A stretch of 63,941 bases of DNA, filler included, from Lenisia limosa (GCA_001655205.1; 16 parts of 16 records of this genome joined end to end with filler, not necessarily neighbours in it); one strand, 5' to 3'; positions 42,411-54,120 are shown, counted from the first letter of the whole stretch. Notes: generated by a model not told the origin, from the letters alone. A program made the numbers and translations.

Positions 42411-42941
42411 GTGGGGGGGAGAGTCTCGGGGGGTTGCGTTTATTTAGTTGCTACTGTCCGATTGCCTCGGATGGTATTTTGTGATTAGTGGGATGGTGTC
42501 TGTCAGTTGTTTCTTGCTCCTTCCTTCCTCTGATACAAGTGGGATGATTGTCGGAGGGTTGCAACCAAAATTGGAACTCCGTCACGCACAACATCTCCGA
42601 TTTCCTTCACCCTCCCCTGATTTGTTTGCTGTTGACCCCTTTGTCATCCCAAGTTGTCTCCTTTGTTTACCTCAGGGGTGTAAAGCCAACAGAGGTGATT
42701 TTCTTTTTGTTCATGCTTTCTGTCAATACTCTACCACAAACTTCCCTCCTATGTATTTTTCCTGCTCTCATGTCTCTTCACAGCCTTCTTAATCTTCAAC
42801 CCTCTTGTAATTTTCAATTTGATATGGGGGGGGGGGGGGGGNNNNNNNNNNNNNNNNNNNNNNNNNNNNNNNNNNNNNNNNNNNNTTAATTAATTAANNN
42901 NNNNNNNNNNNNNNNNNNNNNNNNNNNNNNNNNNNNNNNNN

Positions 42942-43090
42942 ACAAAACAAACAAAGCCCAAGCCAGTCGCTTCAGCAGCACTGCATCCCATCACTCCAGC
43001 GTACGTGAAACGAAGTAAATCTATGAAGAATGTTGACGTGATAAAGGTAGTAATCATGAACCGAATAATCTGAAACTCTAAACAAACAAA
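42942..43090 (-). repeat. Composite intronic repeat (module A + B)
   Basis: Plus strand CAAAGCCCAAGCCAGTCGCTTCAGCAGCACTGCATCCCATCACTCCAGCGTACG..AATAATCTGAAACTC. Confidence 0.8.
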
Positions 43091-43275
43091 CAAAAAAATA
43101 TACAGTATATAAAAAAAACACAAAAACAAAAACCGGTTTTGGCGAAATATAAAGAAACAGCTACCTGTCTGTCGCTTAGCAAACACCGTGATTAACCTAT
43201 ATTATATAATTGTGCTAATTGCTAATCGTGCAGAGCATACGCCAACTGCCGAGTCAATAACCGCCACCTTGTGGG

Positions 43276-43380
43276 TAGCCATTCACTTTGGTTCAAAAAA
43301 CGACTGATTTTCTCGATAAATCCTCAAAAACTATCGATAATTTACCGGTCTGTTTTCGTACCGAAGTAAATAAAGCCCTA
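43276..43380. mobile_element. MITE-A degenerate copy (flanks CTTGTGGG / CTTATAGG, 6 of 8 match)
   Basis: Shared core CTCGATAAATCCTCAAAAACTATCGATA and right TIR AAGCCCTA. Confidence 0.7.
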
Positions 43381-43904
43381 CTTATAGGAGACACAACAAT
43401 GCCCACCTTGTAGGCGAAACAATAGGGATGCCTCGTGAGGTGGAGCGTTTTGCAGCACTCCTAGGGGTCTCCTGGTTGGCCCTGAACGGCTTGCTATGTT
43501 GCGAGTGGAACTACGGAGACTTTAACCAGGCAATGCAAGGAAATAAGGAAAAATTAACCAAAATAACTTAAGAGCATATAAACCAAGGCATTGGAAGGAA
43601 ATAAGAGCATGGTAAAGTGGAAAACAACATCATATCATCATAGTATAATATGAGGTAGAAATGAGAAATAAAAAGGGAAAATAAGATTGAAGTAGATTCA
43701 CAAAATAAACTAAAAGGTACAGGTGGGCGCTGACAAAAAAAAACTGCCAAATTGAGATTGTTTCCTGCCTGAANNNNNNNNNNNNNNNNNNNNNNNNNNN
43801 NNNNNNNNNNNNNNNNNNNNNNNNNNNNNNNNNNNNNNNNNNNNNNNNNNNNNNNNNNNNNNNNNNNNNNNNNNNNNNNNNNNNNNNNNNNNNNNNNNNN
43901 NNNN

Positions 43905-44300
43905 NNACGTAACCGTCTTGGTGTTTCTCCAGAAACCTGGACTCTTCTCATCATGGACGGACACTCTTCACGATACGTTGCTTTCGCCATGGAGTAGCTG
44001 TGAGCTAACCACATCCACGTCTACATCTCCCATCCCACACATAATCCCCTATTGTAGCCGAATAGACACCGCTTTCTTAGACTTGGCTCAGGCCTTCTTG
44101 GGTTTCGTGATATGGTGATTGGACGAGATGACACTAGTCCTATGCATAAGACGGATGACGTACGGCAGGACACTGCTTTCGAAGACTTGGCAATAGTGCT
44201 CCGGTTGCAGCTTGCTTAAAGGCCATTTAAGTCCTTTCAAGTGAAACAAAGGCCCAACCTCGCATCATTCACTTATTACGACCAACTTGCCCTTTCATCT
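43905..44300 (-). pseudogene. Possible decayed Tc1/IS630-like transposase
   Basis: Frame reads EVGPLFHLKG..LQPEHYCQVFESSVLPY and later PSMMRRVQ, reminiscent of Tc1 GVGPL..G.M....Y..ILE..LLP and SMPRR; in-frame stops and no clear DDE triad. Confidence 0.35.
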
Positions 44301-44399
44301 ACGGCCTTTTCAAGACCCACAACGGCCTTGACATTGCCAAACACCCCGCTGCAGGCTATGCCCAACCGATCAAAGACTGCGTCTACAGTGAGCTCCTCA

Positions 44400-44532
44400 C
44401 TGGTGTAGGCTCAGCTGGGGGTATCTTTTGAACGGTGTAGGCTCAGCTGGGGATACATTTTGAACGGTAGGCTCAGCTGGGGATATCTTTCGAACTGGTG
44501 TAGGCTCAGCTGGGGGTATCTTTTGAACGGTG
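44400..44532 (+). repeat. ~30-33 bp minisatellite, 4 copies
   Basis: Unit GGTGTAGGCTCAGCTGGGGGTATCTTTTGAAC, no spacers. Confidence 0.9.
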
Positions 44533-45875
44533 TTTTTTGGATATACGCTTAATGAGATGAAACTGGAAGAAATGACCACAGCTGTTGGCGAATATTGGTT
44601 CTCAACCGATTTAGTTATGCGGAAAGCAGGAAGCCTATAGTGTCTCTCTCATACACTAGCCGGAGTCTATCAGAAGGACGTTGAACTCGCTGAAGCAGCT
44701 GCTTTGGGGCTGATGTTGTGTTTTGTAATGCCAAATTAATAGTAAAGCAAGCCATATTATTCGGGTTGGATGAGCATCCTTGTTCTTTTTTTTTTCTTTC
44801 AGTCTTTGGCATCAACATTGGGACCATCACTTTCTTGATATGATGATAATAATAATAACAAAATAGTAAAGATTCTTGCCTACTTCATTGCAAGTGGTGG
44901 TCAGACGTCATTTGTACCTGAGAAAATGACTGACGAGCATTGGGGCATGTTTTTTGCGATCACGAGGAAGGGATTTACTGCGTCAGGATCACACGCCCAC
45001 CCACTGGATTCTATTTTACCATTCATCAATTCCATTGCTCTTTTGGGGAAAGGCGTCCTTATCGTTTGTCTTTCATTTTCATCCAGGCCATTGATGATCT
45101 TGCTCACAAACTACGATTCGGCGCTATATCAAACAGAGGTATGCTTGAAATACGATTATTATTTTACAATTAGGGCCGAAAACAGCATCGACGAGATCCC
45201 TTTGCTTCTTTCATTTCATATTATTATACTACTATATGTTCGTTTTGGTTTGAGATGTATGTTTTTCATACCTACCCCACAGGTAATCGCAGGAATTGGC
45301 CATGGCGATCAGAGTGGAGGCCCAGTGACCTGATTCTTAAAGGTCTCTGTCGGCAGCAGCGCAAGCAATACCGCCATGCAACAAACCGACCACTTTGTCA
45401 AGTAGGGTTACTTTTCATTCAAACTTGACATTGTGGAAAACCACATCATTTTGCACTTATACATGACATGTACAGTTACCGGGATAAGACTTGACCGATT
45501 TGTTATGATTTCCCAGGAGGTCAGGATTTATACCGGTAATGAATGTTATTGCCTTTTTCAATCATTTTTGAAAGCTATTTTGAACCTTATGCAGAAACTG
45601 TATTACTGCGGAAAGACATTTTCACATCGGTTTTACTTCTTTCAGAGTGGCGCAGGATATTGTTGCAGTCTTTAATTCACCAAGATATTGCACCAGGAAA
45701 GAGAAAAAAAGATGTACGTATAAGATGTTAACACATAAAGGGGACAGAAATAAAATAAAATAAAACGTGGAAGAAAAAAAAGAAAAAAAGAAAAAAAAAA
45801 TAACAGTCTTTTACAAGGAGACAAGAAAGTTGCTTGCTACACAGCTGTGTCATGAAGATGCTAGTTGGGGCCAAA

Positions 45876-46958
45876 TCAATATTGAATATTCCGTATGCGC
45901 ATATAGCAAAAGTAATGGTCTTTGTCAAAACAATGCTAGTGCCAACAAACACTAATGTCAAAACCATGACCCCACTTCACCTTGACTTTGATAGGGAACT
46001 TGTCGTAGCTCATCCCAATAACCCAATGGTCGCCAACTTGGAGCTCATCGTTTTTTAGGAGGTAGCCATACTAAATAGGGGAGGGGGGGTAAGACAAAGC
46101 GGGGATAAGATGAGGGTTAGGGGAGAAAATTTGGAAAATAAATATACTATATGAAACAAAAAAAAAAACAAAATCAACTCTCTTGGCTGACAACACACGA
46201 GGGTTGATAACAGCAAAACTGACAAAGCCCAGGCCGGTCGCTTCTGCAGCACCGCATCTCATCCCAGGGGGTTAGGGGATATGATACAGTATTGAAGGAG
46301 GGGAAGGGAAATATAGAGCTGTATGCCGAGAGGAGAGGGGGGGGGGGTGAAACGAAGGAGATTTCNNNNNNNNNNNNNNNNNNNNNNNNNNNGAATATTG
46401 GCGTAAAAGTTACTAACACGAACAATCTGAAACTCCAAATAAAAACAATAATAAAAAAACAAGCTTTAACAAACACAAGCAACCAAAGCTAAAACTTGAC
46501 AAAACCAAATGACAAAAACATAGAGCTTCATTTTCGGTTCCGAAAGACTGACAAAATATCGATATTTATCGAGGATATATTGAGAATTCAGTCTTTTTTG
46601 GAACTGAAAGTGAAGCTCTACAAAAACACAATAACAAAAACGTGAATGAAGAGGGACGACCTTCCAACCATATTATCGACAAGTTTGACCGCATCATCGT
46701 CCCCTCCTTTCCCCTTGGGGGCCTTGAGAATACAGGATGGAATCGCAGACAGCACCTGGACATTATGGAATGGGAAATAAAAAGGAAGTATCAGGCTGAA
46801 GCATTGTAAAACAAACAAACAAAAAACTGCAGTAAATAATGCGTCCACGCTCTATGTGACCAAAGTGATGTGATCTAAATTTAATGATATCATATATCCT
46901 TCGTTACCCCCCCCCCCCACTTTGACCTTCACTCGGTTGCGTTCGAAGGAGACTTCGN
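45876..46958 (-). CDS. Hypothetical protein, C-terminal exons
   Basis: Phase-0 GT-AG exons EVSFERNRVKVK|VLSAIPSCILKAPKGKGGDDDAVKLVDNM|YGYLLKNDELQVGDHWVIGMSYDKFPIKVK|HCFDKDHYFCYMRIRNIQY-stop; family not recognised. Confidence 0.55.
46521..46620. mobile_element. MITE-A variant, 100 bp, 8-bp TSD CAAAAACA, co-varying TIR TAGAGCTTC..GAAGCTCTA
   Basis: CAAAAACA at 46513-46520 and 46621-46628. Confidence 0.9.
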
Positions 46959-47370
46959 NNNNNNNNNNNNNNNNNNNNNNNNNNNNNNNNNNNNNNNNNN
47001 NTTAATTAATTAANNNNNNNNNNNNNNNNNNNNNNNNNNNNNNNNNNNNNNNNNNNNTGATGGTGTGGACGGCTTTGGCCAGATACATCCTAATTTTTTC
47101 TCTCTTTTTCTTCTCTTCTTCTATCCCCACCCTCTCTCACTGGTTTGAAGAAACTGTTTGATATTTTGTGTATGCTCAGGGTTGTATGGGTAACAGCATC
47201 CCGTTGTTTCTGGTAGATTTAAAAGTTAGAAAGATGAGAACTATTGTTTTTACAGACAAGTAGTTTTAGGGGGAGTGACAATGACATAAAGAGTAACTGT
47301 TTGATACTTTTTGTTATCTCAAATTCATTCTCAACTCTGCTTATTTCTTCATTTTACCACCACCCCCCAG

Positions 47371-48415
47371 GTTATGAACCTCCTCGAACGTCTCTATCGG
47401 TCCTATGACAGTATCAGCAAGAGATACGGCCTCTACAAAATGGAAATCACAGGTAAGTTTCGTGGACTTATTGGATTTTTTTTTCAATGCTAATTCATTC
47501 TAAATACATTATAATCTATAAAATGAATATCACAGGTTTATTCTTTTTTTTTGGGGGAGGGGAGTAGATAATGGTTAAATGTTTTCAAAAACGTTACTTT
47601 TTTGTTTTGGTGAAATCATAAACTTTTTGGTGATTGATAATTATTCTAATCTCCTTGAGACTTTTTTCTTGGAAATAAAAATCAGTTGTACTCATTCCTT
47701 TCACCCTTCCCCCTTCTTCCTTAACACGCTGGCGTGATGGGATGTAGTGCTGCAGAACCGACTGGCCTGGGCTTTTTTTGTTTTGTTGTTATCAACCCTC
47801 GTGTGTTGCCAGCTAACAGAGTTGATTTTGAGCTTTTTGTTTTCAAAATTTTCCAATTTTACTCCCACTTCTTTATTCTTCCCATTTCCATCATCTTTTT
47901 TCAAAAACAAAATATCCATTTTCCTCAATCGAACCTTACACTTTAGGTGACCAGTATATGTGTGTGGCCAACCTGCCGGATGCCCTTGATAATTACGCCG
48001 CCCGGGCCGTGCACGGCTGTTTGGATATGATTGAGGCAAGCCAGAAGATTCGGTAGGTGGTCAAATAACGAAACATATCGAAGTTTTATTGGTTATTGGG
48101 GATTTGTTGATATTTTTCGAATATTTTTTTTTTATTATATCAGAATAGTATTTAATTTCTTAATATTTTTTATATATTTTTCAGAATAGTATTTAATTTC
48201 TTTAGTTTCGATGAGTCCGATCCGAACTCACCCTTCATCCAAATTCGGGGTGGTATCAACACCGGGCCTGTTGTATGTGGGGCTGACTTGCCATATTTGG
48301 GTTTTATAATATATATACTGTAATGTTTCATTTTATCCCCAAAGGTTGCATCAGTTGTCGGCGAGTTACGTCCTCGCTTCCTCCTCTTTGGCGACGCTGT
48401 GAATGTTGCTTCTCG
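47371..48415 (+). CDS. Class III adenylyl/guanylyl cyclase catalytic domain fragment
   Basis: VMNLLERLYRSYDSISKRYGLYKMEIT|GDQYMCVANLP..IQIRGGINTGPVV|ASVVGELRPRFLLFGDAVNVASR. Confidence 0.92.
47735..47875 (+). repeat. Intronic repeat module B, sense to cyclase gene
   Basis: GTGATGGGATGTAGTGCTGCAGAACCGACTGGCCTGGGCTTT..AGAGTTGATTTTG..TTCCAATTTTACTCCC. Confidence 0.88.
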
Positions 48416-48619
48416 GTNNNNNNNNNNNNNNNNNNNNNNNNNNNNNNNNNNNNNNNNNNNNTTAATTAATTAANNNNNNNNNNNNNNNNNNNNNNNNNNN
48501 NNNNNNNNNNNNNNNNNACAAAGAAAAATAATAAGATTTAAAAAATTCATGGGAGGAGGGGGAGGAGGGTAAAATGGAACATCTATGAAACAAAACAAAA
48601 CCCAAGGTAAGTGAGATTT

Positions 48620-51600
48620 CGCCCATTACCTCCTCAAGAGACGGGGCAAAACGGTCTCTTCCGGCCATGGCAAAGAGCTGTTTTGTGAAAATGCACCGTC
48701 AATCAAAATTATTTAAAAGAGTGCACTTATAATGTAATATAATCACAAGGATTTTGAGAGTTTATCGAGGCTTTAGAGAGATTTATCGAAAAATGTCCAT
48801 TAAAATAGCATACCTTAGGGTTGTTAGCGATAGTGGTCACAGAGGCCCTCCAGATTTCATCTGCTGCTTGGAACTTCACGTATTCTCCAGGAAGTTGGGA
48901 CTGGGGCGTGAGAAATGCAGAAAAAGTTCAGTTCAATTTAGTTCAGCTCAATTCATCCGTAAAACCACTGATATTCCACAATTTCCTCATTTATAAATGA
49001 AATTTTGACATACCTGCACATCAGAAACGGCAAAAACAGGTTGTAAAAAGACCCAGAGCTTCTGGAGAGGCAGCCAGGCCTAAAGAGATAAAAAAAACAG
49101 AGGAAATCAAGAGAAACAATAATAATGAAAGCCTTAAGGGGTGGAAAATGAATAATGCTTGCACTACAAGTATTCGCTGAGAAAACCACTCGAAAAAAAT
49201 TTGAAATTAAAAGGACTGATGGGGTAGAAAATATAAATATTACAATACAAGATATTTTAAGGCAATTAAATGAAAATTAGAAATTAAGGTGTTTCAACAA
49301 CCACGCCACTAAATAGCCCCTTCATCCGACTAATACTCCCTCATCCCTCACCTGCAGAATCCGACTCAGGATAGAGAGGGAGTTCATCCAGGACTTGACC
49401 CGTTCTAACAGCGGCTGAGGGGGGGGGGGGNNNNNNNNNNNNNNNNNNNNNNNNNNNNNNNNNNNNNNNNNNNNNNNNNNNNNNNNNNNNNNNNNNNNNN
49501 NNNNNNNNNNNNNNNNNNNNNNNNNNNNNNNNNNNNNNNNNNNNNNNNNNNNNNNNNNNNNNNNNNNNNNNNNNNNNNNNNNNNNNNNNNNNNNNNNNNN
49601 NNNNNNNAAAAGAAGCTAGACACCAACTCTGTTGGCTAGTAGTAGTAACACACGAGGGCTGAGAACAACAAAATCCCTACCTCCTCTTTTCGATCTCATC
49701 ACACCCCTCTTACTTCGATATGCGGTGAGGCAAGTAGGGCGTGACAGGCCATAACCTGGTCGTCTATTGCTGTTTCCAAATCGTCCAAACCTATGGGAGG
49801 GTAAAACAAAGCAAATGTATAACACAAAAAACCCCAGAATCAACTCTGTTGATGGTGATAATTAAGAAAATTGGAGAGGGCCAACAAAAGGAACAACTTA
49901 GTCCCTGTCAGACACACAAAAATAACAATTTAGTTCATGTCAGACACATAAATAAGAACAAGTTAGTCCCTTTCAGACACAATTAAAAACAATAATAATA
50001 ATATGACACCTGCCCCCGCCATCATTTGATCAAACCTGGCCCCGCCATCATATGATCAAACCTCCCACCAATAAGAACGTGGGTGGTAGTGTTCTTAGCC
50101 GGAACCATGGTAAACTGGATGAGACGAATTTCGGCGGCCAAGCGATCGAGTGTTGTTTCCAGGCTATGTTCGTGGATAGCAACGTCAGCAACTGCGGAGA
50201 AGTGGGGAGTAAGATTGGAAAATTAATGAAACAAATAAAGCCCAAAATCAACTCTGTTGGTTGACAACATACGAGGGTTGAGAACAACAAAACAAACAAC
50301 GCCCAGGCCAGTCGCTTNNNNNNNNNNNNNNNNNNNNNNNNNNNNNNNNNNNNNNNNNNNNNNNNNNNNNNNNNNNNNNNNNNNAAAACCAACGATATTG
50401 GCTACAGCACCTCCCCAACCAGAATGGATCAAATCAACCTTCTTCTCAAGGTCTAGGCCCAGAAGAAACTTCAGTGAAAATGAGGAATCTGGGGGTGAGA
50501 GTGGTCAGAGAAGCAAAGATTTGGGGGGTGGGGTGTGATAAGGGAAATGAAGAATTTGCAAAAATCCACGTCTCTCATATTATTAGGGCTCCGTGCAATT
50601 AATTTTTGATGAAAATAATTGCCAAAATTTGAAACTTAAGTCTGAAATGGAGTTCAAGTACAATATTATGGCCCACTTAAAATACTGTTCAATTAACTGC
50701 AAGGTTGCACTCAATGATTATCCCAGGAAAATAGGTCAAGACTTTTCCCGGTCAGCGTATATGTACACTTGAATCCCCCCCCCCCCCCNNNNNNNNNNNN
50801 NNNNNNNNNNNNNNNNNNNNNNNNNNNNNNNNNNNNNNNNNNNNNNNNNNNNNNNNNNNNNNNNNNNNNNNNNNNNNNNNNNNNTTCAGCCAGAATCGCG
50901 AAATGCCTCCGTCGGAACCCCGGGTGCCGCAATTTGACTGTTAGCGGGACCCGTTTGTAGAACTGGTCCAATTGGGCTTTCACTCTAAATTCGTAAAATA
51001 ATAGGGGATGGGGGAGATTGGAAAATGTAAAAAACAAAACAAAAAGCCCAATTGACAATATTAACACTACTTATACCCCCCCCACTCCTTGGCGGTATTA
51101 GCGGCCGGCCCGCCCTTAACAGTCAGCGTTTTATAAGCCTTCTGAATAACACGTCTGAATTGAGCCATTGTGAGCTCCAAATTGCTGGCATTGATGGTGT
51201 TGAAGGTTGAGGCTAGCCATTTGTCACGTGATGTGAACCTGGGGGAGTAAAATTGGATAATTTATGTAACAAAAAAACCCGAATCAACTCTGTTGGGGCT
51301 GACAACACACGAGGGTTGACAACAAAACAAACAAAGCCCAGGCCTGTCGCTTCTGCAGAACAGCATCCCATCACTCCAGCGTACGGTAAAACGAAGGAAA
51401 TTTCGATCAAGAATATTGGCATAAAGATACTTTTCAAGGGGGTGAAAATGTAAAGTATATGAAGCAACAAAAAGCCCAACATTAACTATTTTGGCTCTCA
51501 GCCAAACAATAAAGAACAGTCATTCCGAAATATGACAATTATTCAAACCAAAATGTCCCAAAATAAAACAAATTCCATCCAAAACAACACAATCCTTTTT

Positions 51601-51718
51601 TTTTTGCAGTGAAGTCTCTTTGGAATCATAGAGGTCCAGCGGTTGACTACACAATCAATACCCCACCAGTCAGCGGTTGTGGTCCAGAGGTCGTGGTAAG
51701 CCTCAAAGTCCCTTGTCG
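48620..51718 (-). CDS. Dynein heavy chain, N-terminal region 2 (DHC_N2) fragment, probably axonemal type
   Basis: RDFEAYHDLWTTTADW, KAQLDQFYKRVPLTVKLRHPGFRRRHFAIL, FSLKFLLGLDL, VAIHEHSLETTLDRL, LDDLETAIDDQVMACHALLASPHI, WLPLQKLWVFLQPVFAVSDV, SQLPGEYVKFQAADEIWR. The order matches dynein tail motifs (LRNPGMR.RHW; W..CQ..W.YLEPIF; QLP.E..RF). Confidence 0.88.
51239..51425 (-). repeat. Composite intronic repeat (A + B) ending exactly at a dynein acceptor
   Basis: Sense ..GAAATTTCCTTCGTTTTACCGTACGCTGGAGTGATGGGATGC..CCAATTTTACTCCCCCAG then exon GTTCACATC. Confidence 0.9.
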
Positions 51719-52184
51719 CTTTCATTAATAGCGGGTTTGGCGTGGGCTGGGAGAGGTCAAAATGGGACAAGGGGGGGGGGGGGTAAATTGGAAAATTGAT
51801 GAAACAAATAAAACCCAAAATCAACTCTGTTGGCTGANNNNNNNNNNNNNNNNNNNNNNNNNNNNNNNNNNNNNNNNNNNNNNNNNNNNNNNNNNNNNNN
51901 NNNNNNNNNNNNNAACAAAGCCCAGATCAGGGGGTAAACGGGATATTAAATATGGCGATTTTTCATATATTTTTTTGTTATCTAACCAGGATTGAAGAGA
52001 CAAAGTTATTTTTGAGAGTAATTAAAATATACAATATTATATGTAGAAATGAGAAAAAATAATTGTATCAGGCCGAAGCCGTCCNNNNNNNNNNNNNNNN
52101 NNNNNNNNNNNNNNNNNNNNNNNNNNNNTTAATTAATTAANNNNNNNNNNNNNNNNNNNNNNNNNNNNNNNNNNNNNNNNNNNN

Positions 52185-52244
52185 AAAAAAATTAAAAAAT
52201 TCGCACTCAGGTTGGAATTCGCACTCAGGGGGGTCGCCTTATAT
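52185..52244. mobile_element. Transposon-like terminus with 18-bp subterminal repeats, inverted relative to 52985-53065
   Basis: ATTCGCACTCAGGTTGGAATTCGCACTCAGGGGGGTCGCCTTATATA is the reverse complement of TATGTAAGGCGACCCCCCTGAGTGCGAATTCCAACC. Confidence 0.75.
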
Positions 52245-52249
52245 ACAAC

Positions 52250-52910
52250 AATGTAATATCAATTTTAAATCGCTGACCATGTAAGACGGTAGCAATATGC
52301 AACCGTATGTGAAGGAAAAGGCAGTATTGGCAGGACACGGGGCACAAACTCCTGTCGTTGACCAAGTACCTAAATACGTTACATTACATGTTTTAATAAT
52401 GTCAGTGCTACTGGTCCAAAAATCAAACCAATGTGTGTACCTGCTAGGTTTCCACAAATATAATTATTCAAAAGACATTCAAACCAACCTTCAGGACATT
52501 TGACTACGTTATTCGTCGAATTCACCGTGTAGCCAGGGGGAGCATTCAAACAAAAGTGGCCTTGGTACGACGTGTATAGTTCCCCTGTTTGGTAGTTACA
52601 CAAACTGTATATAGTAGTATTTCTTTTAATGATTAGACTGAGTAAAATGCGTGTAAAAAGTTTCAGAAATATAGTAACACCACAATACCTTCTTCACATT
52701 TATAGCAGGAACCATACATTCGGTATTCATAGTCACCCTAAATTTATCAAATCAAAATAAAACGCAACTTGGTTTCTAAAGCATACTGAAACGAATTACG
52801 TGATACAAGATGGCACAATAACCATCACTTACGCAAAGAGGGAAATCCAGCGAAGTTTCTGGAGAGTGAGAACATAGTCGAGTGTGGTGGCTCCAAAAAA
52901 CGAACCGGGG
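52250..52910 (-). CDS. Cys-rich (CxxCxxG, furin/TNFR-like) surface protein fragment
   Basis: Exons GDYEYRMYGSCYKCEEG, CNYQTGELYTSYQGHFCLNAPPGYTVNSTNNVVKCPEG, TWSTTGVCAPCPANTAFS. Confidence 0.5.
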
Positions 52911-52984
52911 GTTAACTATGATAACTACAACACTATAATGCAATAATATATTGTACATAGTATAGTATATAACATACATATATA

Positions 52985-54020
52985 TGTAAGGCGACCCCCC
53001 TGAGTGCGAATTCCAACCTAAGTGCGAATTCCAACCTGAGTGCGAATTTTTTAATGTTTTTAAAATAGTTTTCCCCATTTTTAGGACATTATGCTGTTAA
53101 GAGATACCTTGAGTTATGTAGATTTTAAAGATCAACGAAGTAACTGAACGGATTTCTCTGAATCAAATATATCAAGAAGAATTTGTATTAAACAGACTGA
53201 GACACTACTTCCGTCCTCCACGACCACGACCACGACCGCGACCACGACCATGACCGCGTTCTGCAGCATCAATAATCACACCTCTACCTCTACCACGCCC
53301 GTGTCCTCTTCCACGACCACGTGCAGCAGTGATAGTATCGGGAGGATGTGTACCTTCATTTAAGACAGCATCAGCACGGACAGCACCATTATTCACAGCT
53401 TCAACATCACCAGGTCTCTTCATCATGCGTTTATTCTGACGAGCATCTTCAACCTCCTTTTTTTTCCCTGTCATTTAAGATTTTTCTGAAGGCCTCCTCC
53501 TCTGTAACAGGAGGAGTAATGTCAATTCTTCCACCAGTACCATTATTTGGTNNNNNNNNNNTATACAAGTTCGGATGCTGATGCCAAGGGAGATCAACTG
53601 GGTTAGCATGGAAAGATTCAAGAGACTCTTTGGTTTTTAAATCGGCCATATCTCTGATATTAGCGACAACATGCTCCTGATTAAGATTCCCATGCTTGTT
53701 TTGCTCCAAAATTTTTAAAGTCCGTGGACTGGTCAGCTTAACAGATTCAAGAGATTTTCGGCGAGGTGATGTCAAAGGAGAGGCCAAACTCTTTTGGTTA
53801 TTACACCTTTTAAGAACCGCGTTCGGGTTTATGAACAATTTGCCATTAACAAACGTCTTCCCAGCAAGACGAAATCCTGTACGAATCGTGTCAGAATCAG
53901 TACACTCAACATAAGACTTAAGAGAAGCCTTAATGATGCAAAGACGAGTAGCAAGAGCTCTATTCGGAGCATTCTCAAGATCAACAATTTTGACAAAAAG
54001 CCTCATATACTTCTGAAGCT
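52985..54020 (-). mobile_element. pogo/Fot1-like DNA transposon right part: intronless transposase C-terminus (frameshift in an A-run) with RG-rich tail and TIR with 3 x 18-bp subrepeats
   Basis: ORF 53449-54006 has IIKASLKSYVECTDSDTIRTGFRLAG..NPNAVL (cf. DDE_1 NI.SGFR.TG..P.NP..VL) and continues in frame 53205-53474 with RGRGRGHGRGRG repeats; the TA-bounded terminus is at ~52985. Confidence 0.55.
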
Positions 54021-54120
54021 NNNNNNNNNNNNNNNNNNNNNNNNNNNNNNNNNNNNNNNNNNNNTTAATTAATTAANNNNNNNNNNNNNNNNNNNNNNNN
54101 NNNNNNNNNNNNNNNNNNNN

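Noticed and set aside
44400-44532. 30-33 bp direct repeats as a CRISPR array
   Set aside because: Units are head-to-tail with no unique spacers, there are no cas genes, and the context is eukaryotic.
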